Notes under the pieces: generated by a model
The model's database searches: none
The model's input: only the letters and a program-made list of their open reading frames with translations
Told to the model about the DNA's origin: nothing
Assembly: GCF_004010195.1 (NCBI RefSeq)
Contig: NC_057719.1
Coordinates: 42,307,820 to 42,371,819, forward strand
DNA length: 64,000 nt
Direction of reading: 5' to 3'
Source: Chiloscyllium plagiosum
Lineage: Eukaryota
Position numbers and translations under genes: made by a program
In this document: in pieces, positions 11,433 through 24,703 of the stretch
How the letters are laid out: each line of letters starts with the position of its first letter
How positions within the stretch are numbered: the first letter of the stretch is position 1

Positions 11433-13605
11433 TAAGGGAGGAGGTGTGGGCACAGGTTTTGCAATTCCCGTGGTGGCAGGGGAAGGTGCCAGGAGGGGAG
11501 GGTGGGTTGTTGGCGGGCGTGGACCTGACCAAGTTGTCATGGAGAGAACAGTCTTTTCGAAAGTGGAAAGGGTGGGGAGGGAAATATATCCCAGGTGGTG
11601 GGGTCCGTTTGAAGGTGGCGGAAATGTTAGCAGATGATGCAGTTTATGCGAAGGTTGGTCAGGTGGAAGGTGAGGATGGGAGGGGGTTCTGTCTTTGTTA
11701 CAGTTGGAGGGGTGGGGTTTGAGGGCAGAGGTGTGGGATGTGGATGAGATGCATTGAAGGGCATCTTCAACCATGTGGGAAGGGAAGTTGAGGTCTTTAA
11801 AGAAGGAGGCCATCTGGTGTGTTCTGTGATGGAAATGGTCCTCCTGGGAGCAGAAATGGCGGAGGCGGAGAAATTGGGAATAGGGATAGCAGTTTTGCAG
11901 GAGGTAGGGTGGGAAGAGGTGTAATCCAGATAGGTGTGGGAGTCGGTGGGTTTGTAAAAAATGTCAGTGTCAAGTCGGTCGTCATTGATGGAGATGGAGA
12001 TGGAGAGGTCCAGGAAGGGGAGGGAGGTGTCAGAGATGGTCCAGGTCCAGGTGAATTTAAGGTCGGGTGGAATGTGTTGGTGAAGTTGATGAATTGCTCA
12101 ACCTCCTCGCGGTAGCACAAGGTGGTACCAATGCAGTCATCAATGTATCGGAGGAAGAAGTGGGGAGTGGTGCCTTTGTAACCACGGAAGATGGACTGTT
12201 CTATGTCACCAACAAAGAGACAGGCATAGCTGGGGCCCATACAGATGACCATGGCTACTCCTTTAGTCTGGAGGAAGTGGAAGGATTTAAAGGAGAAATT
12301 GTTAAGGGTGAAGACCAGTTCAGCCAAACGAATGAGATTGTCAGTGGAAGGATAATGTTGGGGACATTAGGAGAGGAAGAAACAGAGGGCTTGGAGGCTC
12401 TGGTCATTGTGGATGGAGGTGTAGAGGGATTGGATGATGAGATGTCCATGCTGAAGATGAGGCGTTGAGGGCCTGGAAAACAGAAGTCTTGGAGGAAGTG
12501 GAGGGCGTAGGTGGTATCTCGAATGTATGTGGGGAGTTCCTGGAGTAGGGGGTAATACGACAGTATCGAGGTAGGTAGAGATGAGTTCAGTGGGGCAGGA
12601 GCAGGCTGAGACAATGGGTCTGCCAGGGTGGTCAGGCTTGTGGATCTTGGGAAGGAGGTAGAATCAGGCCGTGCGCGGTTCTCGGACTATGAGGTTGGAA
12701 GCTGTGGGTAGGAGATTTCCTGAGGTGATGCCGTTCTGTATGGTCTGGGAGACAATGGTTTGGTGTTGGTGGGTGGGGTCATGGTCAAGGGGGCAGTAGG
12801 AAGAGGTGTCTTCGAGTTGGCGTCTGGCTTCAGCGTTGTAGCGGTCAGTGCGCCAAACTAACACTGCACCCCCTTTATCCGCTGGTTTGATGGTGAGGTT
12901 GGGATTGGAGCAGAGGGAATAGAGAGCTGCGCATTATGCGGGTGAGAGGTTGTAGTGGGGGAGGGGGGTAGACAGGTTGAGGTGGTTAATGTCTCAAAAG
13001 CAGTTGCAAATGAAGAGGTCAAGGGCAGGTAATCGGCCAGCATGGGTGTCCAGGTGGATGAAGTGTGTTGGAGGCGTGTGAAGGGGTCCTCAGAAGGTGG
13101 ACGGGAGTCCTGATTGAAAACAACCCACCCTCCCATCCTGCCACTTTCTCCTGCCACCGCAGGAATTGCAAAACCTGCGCCCACACCTCCCCCCTGACCT
13201 CCATCCAAGGCCCCAAAGGAGCCTTCCACATCCATCAAAGTTTCACCTGCATGTCCACCAATGTCATTTATTGTATCCGTTGCTCCCGATGCTGCCTCCT
13301 CTACATTGGGGAGACTGGACGCCTTCTTGCAGAACGCTTTAGGGAACATCTCTGGGACACCCGCACCAATCAACCACACCGCCCCGTGGCCCAACATTTC
13401 AACTCCCCCTCCCACTCTGCCGAGGACATGCAGGTCTTGGGCCTCCTCCACCGCCACTCCCTCACCACCCGACGCCTGGAGGAAGAACGCCTCATCTTCC
13501 GCCTCGGAACACTTCAACCCCAGGGCATCAATGTGGACTTCACCAGTTTCCTCATTTCCCCTCCCCCCACCACACCCCAGTTCCAACCTTCCAGCTCAAC
13601 ACCAT
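11433..13605. mobile_element. Penelope-like element with internal inversion: RT on - strand (about 11433-13110), GIY-YIG on + strand (about 13119-13605)
   Basis: ORF 11797-12327 contains FLRYIDD; ORF 13065-13619 contains CHRRNCKTCAH and VIYCIRC..C.LLYIGETGR; frameshifted. Confidence 0.88.
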
Positions 13606-13848
13606 TCTCATGGGGGTAGTCTACAGATTTATTCAGGATATATTGTCAGTATGGATGAGTTAGACTGAAGGGTCTGTTTCCATGCTATATATCTCTATGA
13701 CTCTAAATTCCAGGATGGTGAGGGTGTTTGGAGAGGAGAGGGGAAGGAAGAGATGCACAAATGAATTGAGTGATAACAGGAGTGATTACAATAGAATACC
13801 AGGCTAAAAGGCATTCTTTGTCATCTAGGCTTCACATTTTTTTTTCAG

Positions 13849-13940
13849 ATTTACCTTTGCCGACATATATACTGAAATATAATCCTCTCAACAGCAGTCA
13901 CTATTCTGAGGGACTCACAACAGCTCCCCAAGTGAAGTAG
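13849..13940 (+). CDS. Candidate terminal coding exon B of the INF2-like gene (DLPLPTYILKYNPLNSSHYSEGLTTAPQVK*)
   Basis: T9-cag acceptor; phase-1 frame open for 30 codons to TAG; no homology support. Confidence 0.35.
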
Positions 13941-14280
13941 CAATCATGAGACAACTCACTCGAGAGAAAACTTCTGCTTATCCAGCCTTCACATGAATTC
14001 TTTTTCAAACTTACTTTTTATAGATACCATAGAATTCCTAGGCTGAAATACAACCCTCATCTACAACATCTCACATTCTATCTGTGTGTAAACTATCAAA
14101 AGTCTTGCTTATGCATACACTTTCTTTAAGTGTCTTATTTATTTCCTGTCAGGCCTATTTTTGTCATGTATTCTGATATACTATTTTCATCATGCCTATC
14201 TGGCATTTTACTCTGTCACTGTTTAAACAGATGTCCATAATTGTTGCATGCTTATGATGTGATCTTCTTTATGTAGATTT

Positions 14281-16900
14281 AGAACATAGAACATAGAACA
14301 ATACAGCGCAGAACAGGCCCTTCAGCCCTCAATGTTGTGCTGACCTTGAACTATTCTCAGCTCGTCCCCCTACACTATCCCATCATCATCCATGTGCTTA
14401 TCCAAGGATTGTTTAAATCTCCCTAATGTGGCTGAGTTGACTACATTAGCAGGTAGGGCATTCCATGCCCTTACCACTCTCTGAGTAAAGAATCTGCCTC
14501 TGACATCTGTCTTAAATCTAGCACCCCTCAATTTGTAGTTATGCCCCCTCGTATAAGCTGACATCATCATCCTAGGAAAAATACTTTCACTGTCTACCCT
14601 ATCTAATCCTCTGATCACCTTGTATGTCTCTAACAAATCCCCTATTAGCTGCCTTCTTTCCAATGAGAACCGACCAATGAGAAGGTCTCTCCTCATAAGA
14701 CCTTCCCTCCAGACCAGGCAACATCCTGGTAAATCTCCTCTGCACATTTTCCAATGCTTCACATCCTTCCCGAAATATGGCGACCAGAACTGTACACAAT
14801 ATTCCAAGTGTGGCCGCTCTAGCGTTTTGTATAGTTGCAGCATGATATTGCGGCTCTGGAACTCAATCCCTCTACCAATGAAACCTAACACATCGTATGC
14901 CTTCTTAACAGCACTATCCACCTGGGTGGCAACTTTCAGGAATCTATGTACATGGACTCCAAGGTCTCTCTGCACATCCACATGACCAAGAATCTTTTCA
15001 TTGAGCCAGTACTCTGCCTTTCTGTTATTCTTCCCAAAGTGCATCACCTCACATTTAGTTGCATTGAACTCCATTTTCCACCTCTCAGCCCAATTCTGCA
15101 GTTTATCCAAGTCCCCCTGCAACCTGTAACATTCTTCCAAACTGTCCACTACTCCACCGACTTTAGTGTCATCTGCAAATTTACTAATCCATCCACCTAT
15201 GCCTGTGTCTAAGTCATTTATAAAAATGACAAACAGCAGTAGTCCCAAAACAGATCCGTGTGGCACACCACTAGTAACCGGACTCTAGGTTGAATATTTT
15301 CAATCAACCACCACTCGTTGCCTTCTTTCAGAAAGCTAGTTTCTAATTGAAACTGCTAAATCACCCTCAATCCCATGCCTTTGCATTTTCTACCAACAGC
15401 CTACCATGTGGAACCTTATCAAAGGCTTTACTGAAGTCCATGTATACCACGTCAACTGCCCTACCTTCATCTACATGCTTGGTCACCTTCTCAAAAAATG
15501 CAATGAGGTTTTGAGACATGACCTGCCCTTGACGAAACCATGTTGACTAGCTGAAATCAAATTGTTATTTGCTAGATGATTAGAAATCCTATCCCTTATA
15601 ATCCTTTCCAAAATATTTCCTACAACAGAAGTAAGGCTCACTGGTCTGTAATTACCTGGGCCATCTCTACTACCCTTCTTGAACAAGAGTACAATATTTG
15701 CAATGTTCCAATACTCTGGTACTAAACCTGTAGACAATGATGACTCAATATCAAAGCCAAAGGCTCTGCTATTGCCTTCCTAGCTTCCCAGAGAATCCTT
15801 GGATAAATCCCATCCGGCCCAGGGGACTTATCTACTTTCACTCCTCCTAGAATTGATAACACCTCTTTGTAACTAACCTCGATCCTTTCTAGTCTAACAT
15901 CTCATACCTCATTCTTCTCCTTTACAATATTCTCCTTCTCCTGAGTGAAAATCGATGAGAAATGTTTGTTTAGCACCTCTCTGATTTCCACAGGGTCCAC
16001 ACTCAACTTCCCACTTCTGTCTTCGACTGGCCCTATTCCTACCCTGGTCATCCTTTTATTCCTCACATACCTATAGAAAGCTTTAGGGTTCTCCTTTATT
16101 CTATTTGCTAAAGACTGCTCGTGTTCTCTCTTTGCTCTTCTTAACTCTCTCTTTAAATCCTTCCTAGCTGATCTGTAACTCTCTATCGCCTCATCTGAAC
16201 TGTCTTGTCTCATCAACACATAAGTCTCCTTCTTTTGCTTAACAAGAGATACAATTTCTGTAGTAAACCACAGTTCCCTTACCTTATCACTTCCTCCCTG
16301 CCTGACAGGGACATACCTATCAAGGACACGCAATATCTGTTCCTTAAACCAGCTCCACATTTCCATTGCCTGCATCCCCTGCATTTTGCTACCCTATTTT
16401 ATGCATCCTAATTCTTGCCTAATTGCATTATAATTGCCCTTGCCCCATCGATAACACTTGACCTGTGGCATATGCCTATCCCTTTCTATCGCTAAACTAA
16501 ACATAACTGAATTATGGTCACTCTCTCCAATGTGCTCGCCTACAACTAAATCAAACACCTGGCCTGGTTCATTGCCAAGCACCAGATCCAGTATGGTGTC
16601 CCCTCTTGTCGGCCCTTCGACATACTGTGTTAGGAAACCCTCCTGTACATATTGACAAAAACTGGTCCATCTGACGTACCAGAGTTATAGCATTTCCAGT
16701 CAATGTTGGGGAAGTTAAAGTCCCCCATAAACCACCCTGTTCCTTTCACTCCTACTCAGAATCATTTTGTCAATCCTCTCCTCCACCTCCCTGGAACTCT
16801 GCGGAGGCCTATAAAATAGACTTCAAGCATTGCGACCTCTCCTCTCCTGTATCTAACCTCAGCCCACACTACCTCAGTAGACAAGTCCTCATCAAAAGTT
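14281..16900 (-). mobile_element. CR1-type LINE ORF2, frameshifted
   Basis: RT motifs GSVLG.LLF.IFINDL, SKFADDTK, GNYRPVSLTS, QHGFVKGRSCL; (agaacat)n 3' tail. Confidence 0.93.
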
Positions 16901-17802
16901 CGACCAATTTGTTGCGACCAATCCTTTTTGTAATATTAATCTATGGGGCTCACAAGAATAGTGGAGAAGGATTAACCACTAACAAGTCTTTGTTAGAACA
17001 GGCACATAATTGAATAAAAAAGGTAGTTTAATACATAATCGAAAGACAATAAGTTACATTATCCAAAGGCTGGTGCACTACATTAACCCTAGGCACAAGA
17101 TATTATTATCTCCTAACAGGTAGTAACTAGGTCTATGCGACATGCTGTAGACAGCAGAAGTCATTAGCTTAGAACTAATCTAGAACAATTGACGAGCTCC
17201 ACCCAGAGACAGTCATGTGAATTAAACAATACCAAAGCATCTGAGCTAACTCTTTCAGGCTAACTGCCTTGTACAGTAACTACCATGATTTTTTTCCCCT
17301 GTTATTCAGTTATGCAATTGCTTAAACAAGTATATTAAGTTTACAATGATGCCTTTTCCCTAAGTCTCTGACTTTACATATTTGATCTTGACTTGAAGGA
17401 GGAGATAGTTGTTTGCTTGAGCATGTTCTTCTCAGATGGTCCTCTTTGCCATTGTGTTCTATTAACTGATCTTTTACCTTTTAGAATATCTTTCACTGAT
17501 GTAGTCAACCATTTTCCTGTCCAGAAGATATTTAATTTCCTCAAAGTGCATAATGGAAGACAACAGTGTTGGTTAAAGAAATAATCTTTGTCTTTTGACT
17601 TTGTTACAATGTAGATTTAGGTGACACCTGTTCCATTAGTTGATATGAACAATTTGTTTTGTACCTCAATGTCAGAGATACTGAATGTAGAGCATGGACA
17701 ATCTCTGCTTTGAGTAGTTGCATTTTCTGGACTGATTGTATTAAGAGTTCACAAATAGTTTCAGGTGGTATTTCCACCACAGTTATCTGGCCATACCCGA
17801 TC

Positions 17803-19255
17803 TAATGTGGGAAGTAAGGGAGGAAATTGTGAGGCCCTTTGCAGAAATATTTGCATCATCTATAATTATGGTTGAGGTGCCTGTTGAGTGGAGGTTAGAT
17901 AACCTTGTACCTTTGTTTAAGAAAGGTTATAAGGAGAAACTGGGGAACTATTGACCTGTGAGTCTGACATCAGTTGTGGATAAATTGTTGGAAGTTTTTT
18001 AAACGATAGGATTTGTAGACATTGAGAGGCAAAAATTGATTAGGCTTAGTCAGCATGGTTTTGTGTAAGGAAAATCGTGTCTCACAAACTTGATTGAAAT
18101 TTTTTGAGGAAGTTACCAAAAGGATTGAGGGCAGAGCAGTAAACGTTGTTTACTTGGACTTTAGTATAGCCTTGAAAAGATTCCACATGGGAGACTAATT
18201 AGTAAAGTTAGGTCACATGGGATTCAAATGGTACTTGGTAATCGGATGCATCATTGGCCGAATGGTAGGAGACAGAGAGTGGTGGTGGAGGGGTGTTTTT
18301 CAGACTGGAGGCCTGTCACCAGTGGTGTTCCACAGGGATCAGTTCTGGGTTCTCCTTTGTTTGTCACTTATCTAAATGATTTGGATGAAGATATAGAAAG
18401 CATGCTTAGTACATTTGTGGATGACACCAAAATTGGTTACATTATAGACAGTGAAGAAGGTTTTCTAAGATTATAAAGGGATCTTGATCAAATAGGTCAA
18501 TGGGCTGAAAAATGGCAGATGAGGTTCAATCTGGATAAATTCAAGGTATTGCATTTTAGTACAACAAACAGGGGTAGGACTTATACAATTAATTAGAGGG
18601 CCTTGAGTAGTGTTGGAGAACAAAGGAACTTAGGGATTCAAGTACATAATTCTTTGAAGTTTATGTCACATATAGATAGGTGGTTAAAAAGGCATTTAGC
18701 ATGCTTGCCTTCATTGCTCAGTCCTTTGAGTATAGGAGTTGGGAAGTCATACTGGAGTTTTACAGGACATTGGTGAGACCTCTTCTGGAGTACTGTGACC
18801 AGTTCTGGTCGCCTAGTTATAGAAATGATATTATTAAGCTGGAGAGGGTTAAAAGATATTTACCAGGATGTTGCCTGGTATGGAAGGTTTGAATTATAAA
18901 GGAAGGCTGGTTATACTACGACATTTTTCACTGGAGCATTGGAGGTTGAGAGGTGACCTTACAGAGGTTTAGAAAATTAAGAGTGGTATAGATAGGGTTA
19001 GGTGTCTTTTCCGTAGGATGGGGGATTTTTAAGGTGAGAAGAGAGATGTTAAAAAGATATGATGGGTGGAATGAACTTACTGAAGAAGTGGTGAATATGG
19101 GCACAATTACAACATTTAAAAGATATTGACAGGAAAGATCTGGAGGGATATGGGATAGGAGCAGACAGGTGGAACTAGTTTAGTTTGGGATTATGTTCAG
19201 CATGGACTGGTTGGATCAAAGGGTTTGCTTTCATGCTGTATGACTCTATGACTCT
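17803..19255 (+). mobile_element. CR1-type LINE RT fragment
   Basis: [28 protein letters not shown]; tail tatgactctatgactct. Confidence 0.9.
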
Positions 19256-20500
19256 ACATCCTGAAGGCTTTTTTATTGATGAGGAACAAGTAAACAATTT
19301 GTTCAGCCCAGCAAAATTGATAGCTTTTCCTGTGTCGATAATATGAAACAACTGTTTAATACCAATGTAGGTGATCTCAATTCATGTATGCTCCTTCCTG
19401 GGTTTGGTTAGCATTCTTTTGAGACCAGTAAAGTCTTATTGTTGATGATATATGTCAGGATGTTCAATATCAGAAGTTTTCTTAATTGATTAAAATCCTG
19501 TCACAATTTCAGGATTTATTAGTTAGACATTTCTTCATGTTTAGAAGTGAACTGTAGATGATATAAGCTTCTGTGAACTGATCATCTTTATGTCTGAAAA
19601 ACAATTAACATTCTTTTCATCTTAGATGTCGTTCTACATTCTTCATGCAAAATCAGATCAATACTCAATCCTGTATCAAGCTTGAACTGAACTGCATATC
19701 CAAAGATGAACTCTGTTATGTCTGGTTCAGATAGTTCACTGGTTTCCCATTGGAATAGCTGTATATTTCTTCTACACTATCATCATCTGAGGATGCATGA
19801 TCTAATGGAAGTCCAGCTTGCAAGTCAGAATTTTTTTCATAAGCTTTTGGTAAAGATATAACCAGCATTGTTTCTGTTGTTTAAATATTGGTTCTGGGTA
19901 TTACACAATCTTTGAAAATATCCCACCTTTTTGCAAGGGTGACATTCTTGAAATAGATCAGGACATTTTTTTGCATGGTGTTTTTGTTCTACACCTTGGA
20001 CATTGACTCCTCGCATCAAAAGATTTGAACATTCCATGTTTTGGCTTCTCATGTGATTTAGCGTGTTTGTGCCATATTAGGTTGGTAGATTCCAATGGTC
20101 TTCAGAATAAATTTTCCTTCTGTTCCCCTGATTTTTCTGAATCTCAGCTTCCATCATAATCTGGATAAAATTTTCAGTGGAAGATCTTCCTTTAATCTGG
20201 TTGATCTGAAAGAGATCAACCAGAAAATCTGATGACAATTATTTCTTGAATTACTTCTAGCTGTAATACTCCATATTTTCACAAGATGCAGACATTGCAT
20301 AAAGATAAAGTTGGTAACAGATGCTTCTAGAAATTGCATTTAATTATTAAATCTTGCTTTCTCAACAATATGGTTTGATTGCCATATAAAATAGTTGCCA
20401 GATGCTTTTAAGACATAATGTTCTTAAATTTGTTTCTCTGTTAATAACATGTTTCTGTTAATGACACCAATGAATAAAACAGTGCGTTAATGTGTCCTGC
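19256..20500 (-). mobile_element. Decayed Gypsy-like LTR retrotransposon gag-protease remnant (may extend to about 17330 and further upstream)
   Basis: Minus strand zinc-knuckle-like KCPDLFQECHPCKKVGYFQRLC (ORF 19837-20052), followed by aspartic protease motif VQFKLDTG (FKLDTG at 19669-19686). Confidence 0.6.
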
Positions 20501-21633
20501 TTATGAGCATAGACCTAAAACACTTCTGTATTTCAGGAATTGTTTCTTCAGTGCTGACCAATTTAATTCTCAATGAAAACTATCTGTAACTTTGAATCTG
20601 CCTGGAGATGTAACACCTTTCTCTATTTCTTTGATTAAATTAAATTGCTCCATTTAAATTCAGAAAACTTTTTAGAATTAATTAAAGTTTGTTGTAGGTT
20701 CAGCTTTTCTTCATTAAGTTTGAATTGTGCTTTCAATTCAACAGCCAGAAAACTTGTTGCGGAATATCCCAGCATTAACAATTGCTTTTGAAACTGTAAT
20801 TAAATTTTATTATTGCTAAAGGAAGGCCAATCTTCTTATAAACTACAAAATTGCAATGAGTTGCTATTTTAATAAAGATTTAAAGATCTTTTCTTCAAAT
20901 TTTCTTGGCTTGTTTTTTGCAATTCTAAATGGTTGAAGTTTGTTAACCGCTATACTGTAAAGGTATTCTTTCAATAAAGCTTTGTTAATTTGAAATTATT
21001 TGAGATGTTATAAATCTTCTCAAATCTTTTAGTAATTGAAACTTTTATTTTCCCAAAACAAAAATGTAAGATAGTGGTTTTGAGCTGTTTTGCCCTTCTT
21101 GATGGGTTTTGTGCCTTTTTCGCCAAAATGAATGATTCATGCCATTTCTGTTTCTTCCCCAAAAGAGTTACATTTTTTTAAAATCTAAAGAATAGCATCT
21201 CACAATTTTTCAAATTTTATATAATTTCTGTTGTACAATAAAAATTTATTTTCACTTCAAAATGATTATGCTTTTCTGTCTCTGAGGTTCTTTTAGGTTC
21301 TAACGTTTTGATCTATTTGCTGGTTTGAAGAACCTTTTAAAGACCTACTTCATTTTGAAGAACTTTTCTGAAACTTATAATGATTTCTTTGATGAAAAAA
21401 TGCTCAATTTAATGTAAATACTGAATGTTGCCTTGTTTCAGCTTCCAAAGTCAGAACCGTGACGTGAGTAATTTTCAGTCTTTCCACTTAGTCCGTCTCA
21501 ACTTACATCTGGAAATCTGAAGTCACCCTTTACTTTCCCAGGCTGTGACTCAGAATTTCTTCCCTGTAATTCCAGGAAGAATGTCCTCATTAGCTTCCCT
21601 GTACTTTATTTCCTTGGTTTTAGATTTTATAAG

Positions 21634-21707
21634 CTTTCTAAAGGAAGGCTGCCTTACTGCTAGAGCTTTTCTAAAGGAAGGCTGCCTTACTACTAGAGTC
21701 TTTCTAG
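21634..21707. repeat. Tandem duplication, ~33-bp unit x2
   Basis: tttctaaaggaaggctgccttact(g/a)ctagag repeated. Confidence 0.85.
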
Positions 21708-22054
21708 TCTGAACCAATTGGCTCCTTAGTTAAAACAGCTGTATTCTTTAACTCACTATTTTGTGCAGAATTCCACAGCCCCCTCTTCTCCTTGAATTGA
21801 TCTGAACTTTACATTGCATTTTTTTCCCATTTCAGACAACAATCTGAATCACTTGCCACCACGTTACAAGAAATGTCCACAGCAGGTGCCTGGTAGTTCT
21901 AATATCTTCTTTGGGTAGATCTGAAGTCACCAAGCCTCCTTTTGATCTTAATCTCCCAGCAGGAGAAACAGACATTTGTGTAACTAAAAGTATTTTATTA
22001 CCTAATAATAAGAAAAACAGGTTGTGTTAGCTTAACACTGTTTAATTACAGTAA

Positions 22055-22242
22055 TGATGTGGAGATGTCTGTGTTGGACTGAGGTGGACAAAGTTAAAAA
22101 TCACATAACACCAGGTTATAGTCCAACAGATTTATTTGGAAGTACAAATTTTTGGAGGCTGCTCCTTCATCAGGTAGCTAGTGGGGCAGAATAATAGGCC
22201 ACAGAATTTCAAATGAACCTGTTGTGTGATTTTTTAAAAAAC
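22055..22242. mobile_element. Family-2 mini-element with decayed HHR on the - strand
   Basis: 12-bp TSD taattacagtaa at 22043-22054 and 22243-22254; minus strand ctgatgaaggagcagcctccaaaa. Confidence 0.8.
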
Positions 22243-24163
22243 TAATTACAGTAACACTGGGTCAGAAATATTGCTGACTCTAAAGACATATTAATTAAGT
22301 CTATGCTACATGGCTGGTAACTGACTAAGTATTAATTGGAGAACAACAATCTGGCTCCTCCCAAAGGCAGATCAATACAGGTCAGTGGACAAAGCTATTG
22401 TCAACTTTGCTGCCAGCAAAGCATTTTAACTGATGCAGCAATGTTTATAATCACCCTCATAACAAAGAAAAATGAATGTGGACATCATGGAATAGAATAA
22501 TCTAACAGATGCTTATAACTGATGGTTATTATATATAAACATTGCATTCACGGGTTCTTAAATATCTGGGCTAATACTAAGCTGGTTATTTCCACAGAAC
22601 AACATGCTTCATGTAATGTGTCATGCTTCAAGTGATCCAAGGCAAAATAGAGTCTGGGATTTTTATACCTCAGGTCACATACTATGATACAGAAGCATGT
22701 CTCTTATAGGTAAACTGACATACTAACCATGAGACCGAACACAATATTCCCATTTCCCAAGGATAAAAAATAATCCTAAACTGCTTACAAAGCCACATAC
22801 TGCCAGTTCAATGATTATAACAACAGGTAAAACACAGCCTTCAACGTTAACATTTCAAACTTCAATGTATCGCTTTTTAGGTTTGACAGCTCATCCAAAT
22901 CTGGTGATTGTATACTATCCCGCCCAGAGAGATAAACATTTTTTTCTAGAACATTTATTTGACAACTTATTTGACTTGCTACGTTTTGATGTCATTCAAT
23001 ATCACTACTCAATCATCATTGTCAGAGTGTTCTTCATCACTTTCTTCATGCATGATTACTGTGCTATACATTGGCCTCTATTTATTCACAATGCAGCATC
23101 ATGATCAGTCATGGCTTTGTGTGTCCTGAGATAATTGTACATTCTGGAAATATTTGCTAGTGATCAAGCATTTGTGTTTAGATTCCTAATTTGTACTCTG
23201 CCTATCAGCAGTTTTGATAGTTCTTTACCTGTTCAATTGTAGTGTATCTTTTTCTTTCTCTTGTGGTGTTTCAAGAAACACACAAAACAAAGACAATTCA
23301 AGGTACAAACGGAGCAAAGATTATCTAATGTATCAGTGTGCACATGGGAGATACAGCTCAAGAAATACTGCCCCCCAGTTGCGGCTTACCTATTTATAAA
23401 CCTCCACCTTCACACCAGTTACTCAAGCATCCTTATTGTTCACATATCGAACAAGCTTTGTAAAGTTGATCATGCCTTCACCTTACGGTATATCAAACTA
23501 TAAAGCTAATTGAGTACCCATCTTATACTGCTTATAATTCCTTAAAAAGGTTAGTCAAGTCTCCACAGTACATAGATTTTTTTGAAAAGTTAAGCAGTTC
23601 TTCACCTTACATGGTAGGGTCACAACTTGAATCAGTTATGCCTCACCATTGGATTGCCTACCACAACATACCACTAAACTTTAGTAGGCACCTATCCTAT
23701 TGTATATAGAACCCCTCTTTGTAGTTAATTCTTTAACCTCTACATTCCTTTGTCTTTGAAGAAGTATATATTGTGCCTTGGAATGGTAAATGGTTTGTTA
23801 TTGCCTGTTTTCCAAGCATTAATTGTACTGGAAAGGATAATCCCTTTTCCAATGATCTTTCACAAAACTGCCACAATGCAAAGTGAAAGCTGTTTTATTG
23901 CTTGACAATTATCATTGATTTAATAGTATGCACCATATGTTCTCCAGCACTTTGAATATGATAGTGAGATGACAGTGTGATCTGTGTCAGTTATACTTAG
24001 TACACATCTAAGTGTACTGTCAACCATTAGTAGATACTAACCATTCCATAATACCAAATAATTGAAGATGGTTGTCATTGTATTCCTGCATTCATACTCA
24101 ACATGCTACTAAGTCATCAAACAATGGGAAATTTGGAGCAACAATCTAACACAAGGAAGTAAT

Positions 24164-24317
24164 GTTGTGGTTCTGTTCGCCGAGCTGGAAGTTTTTGTTG
24201 CAAACGTTTCGTCCCCTGGCTAGGCGACATCATCAGTGCTTGGGAGCCTCCTGCGAAGCGCTTCTTTGATGTTTCCTCCGGTGTTTACAGTGGGAGCTTC
24301 GCACAATCTTCGCACAA
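24164..24317 (-). mobile_element. 154-bp PLE-terminus mini-element with HHR
   Basis: 13-bp TSD acaaggaagtaat at 24151-24163 and 24318-24330; similar to the termini at 26078 and 43831. Confidence 0.8.
24200..24239 (-). ncRNA. Minimal type I hammerhead ribozyme motif (family 3), intact core
   Basis: GCA-CUGAUGA-U-GUCGCCU AGCC AGGGGAC-GAAAC-GUU-UGC; stem I GCA/UGC and stem II pair. Confidence 0.75.
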
Positions 24318-24344
24318 ACAAGGAAGTAATCTTATCAGCACGCT

Positions 24345-24703
24345 GTCAGTGGGACTACTGCAACAAACACTACATCAAACAGGCAGGAAAACATGAGCAC
24401 CAACAAGTCACCAAAAGGCATGACCAGCTATCACTAGTATCCTTACAAACAGACGAAGAAGGACACTACTTCAATTGGGACAACACATCCATCCTTAGAC
24501 AGCTAAAAAGAGACACACATGGGAATTCCTAGAGGCCTGGCATTCAAACCGGAACTCCATCAATAAACACATCAATTTGAACCTCATTTACCAACCTCTG
24601 AGATAAAAAAACTGGAAATTATACCACCCACCTTCAGAGACTAAGGCACATAAATAGAAAGCAGGACAGAACACGAGCGCTTCAACAGAGGCCCACTGAT
24701 AAT
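24345..24703 (+). mobile_element. Penelope-like (Poseidon-type) GIY-YIG fragment
   Basis: CNKHYIKQ...HQQVTKRHDQLSLVS...FNWDNTSIL; homologous to ORF 26286-26672. Confidence 0.8.

Noticed and set aside
22250..24150. Possible retroviral env/LTR remnant
   Set aside because: Only vague impressions; no motif or paired LTR could be supported
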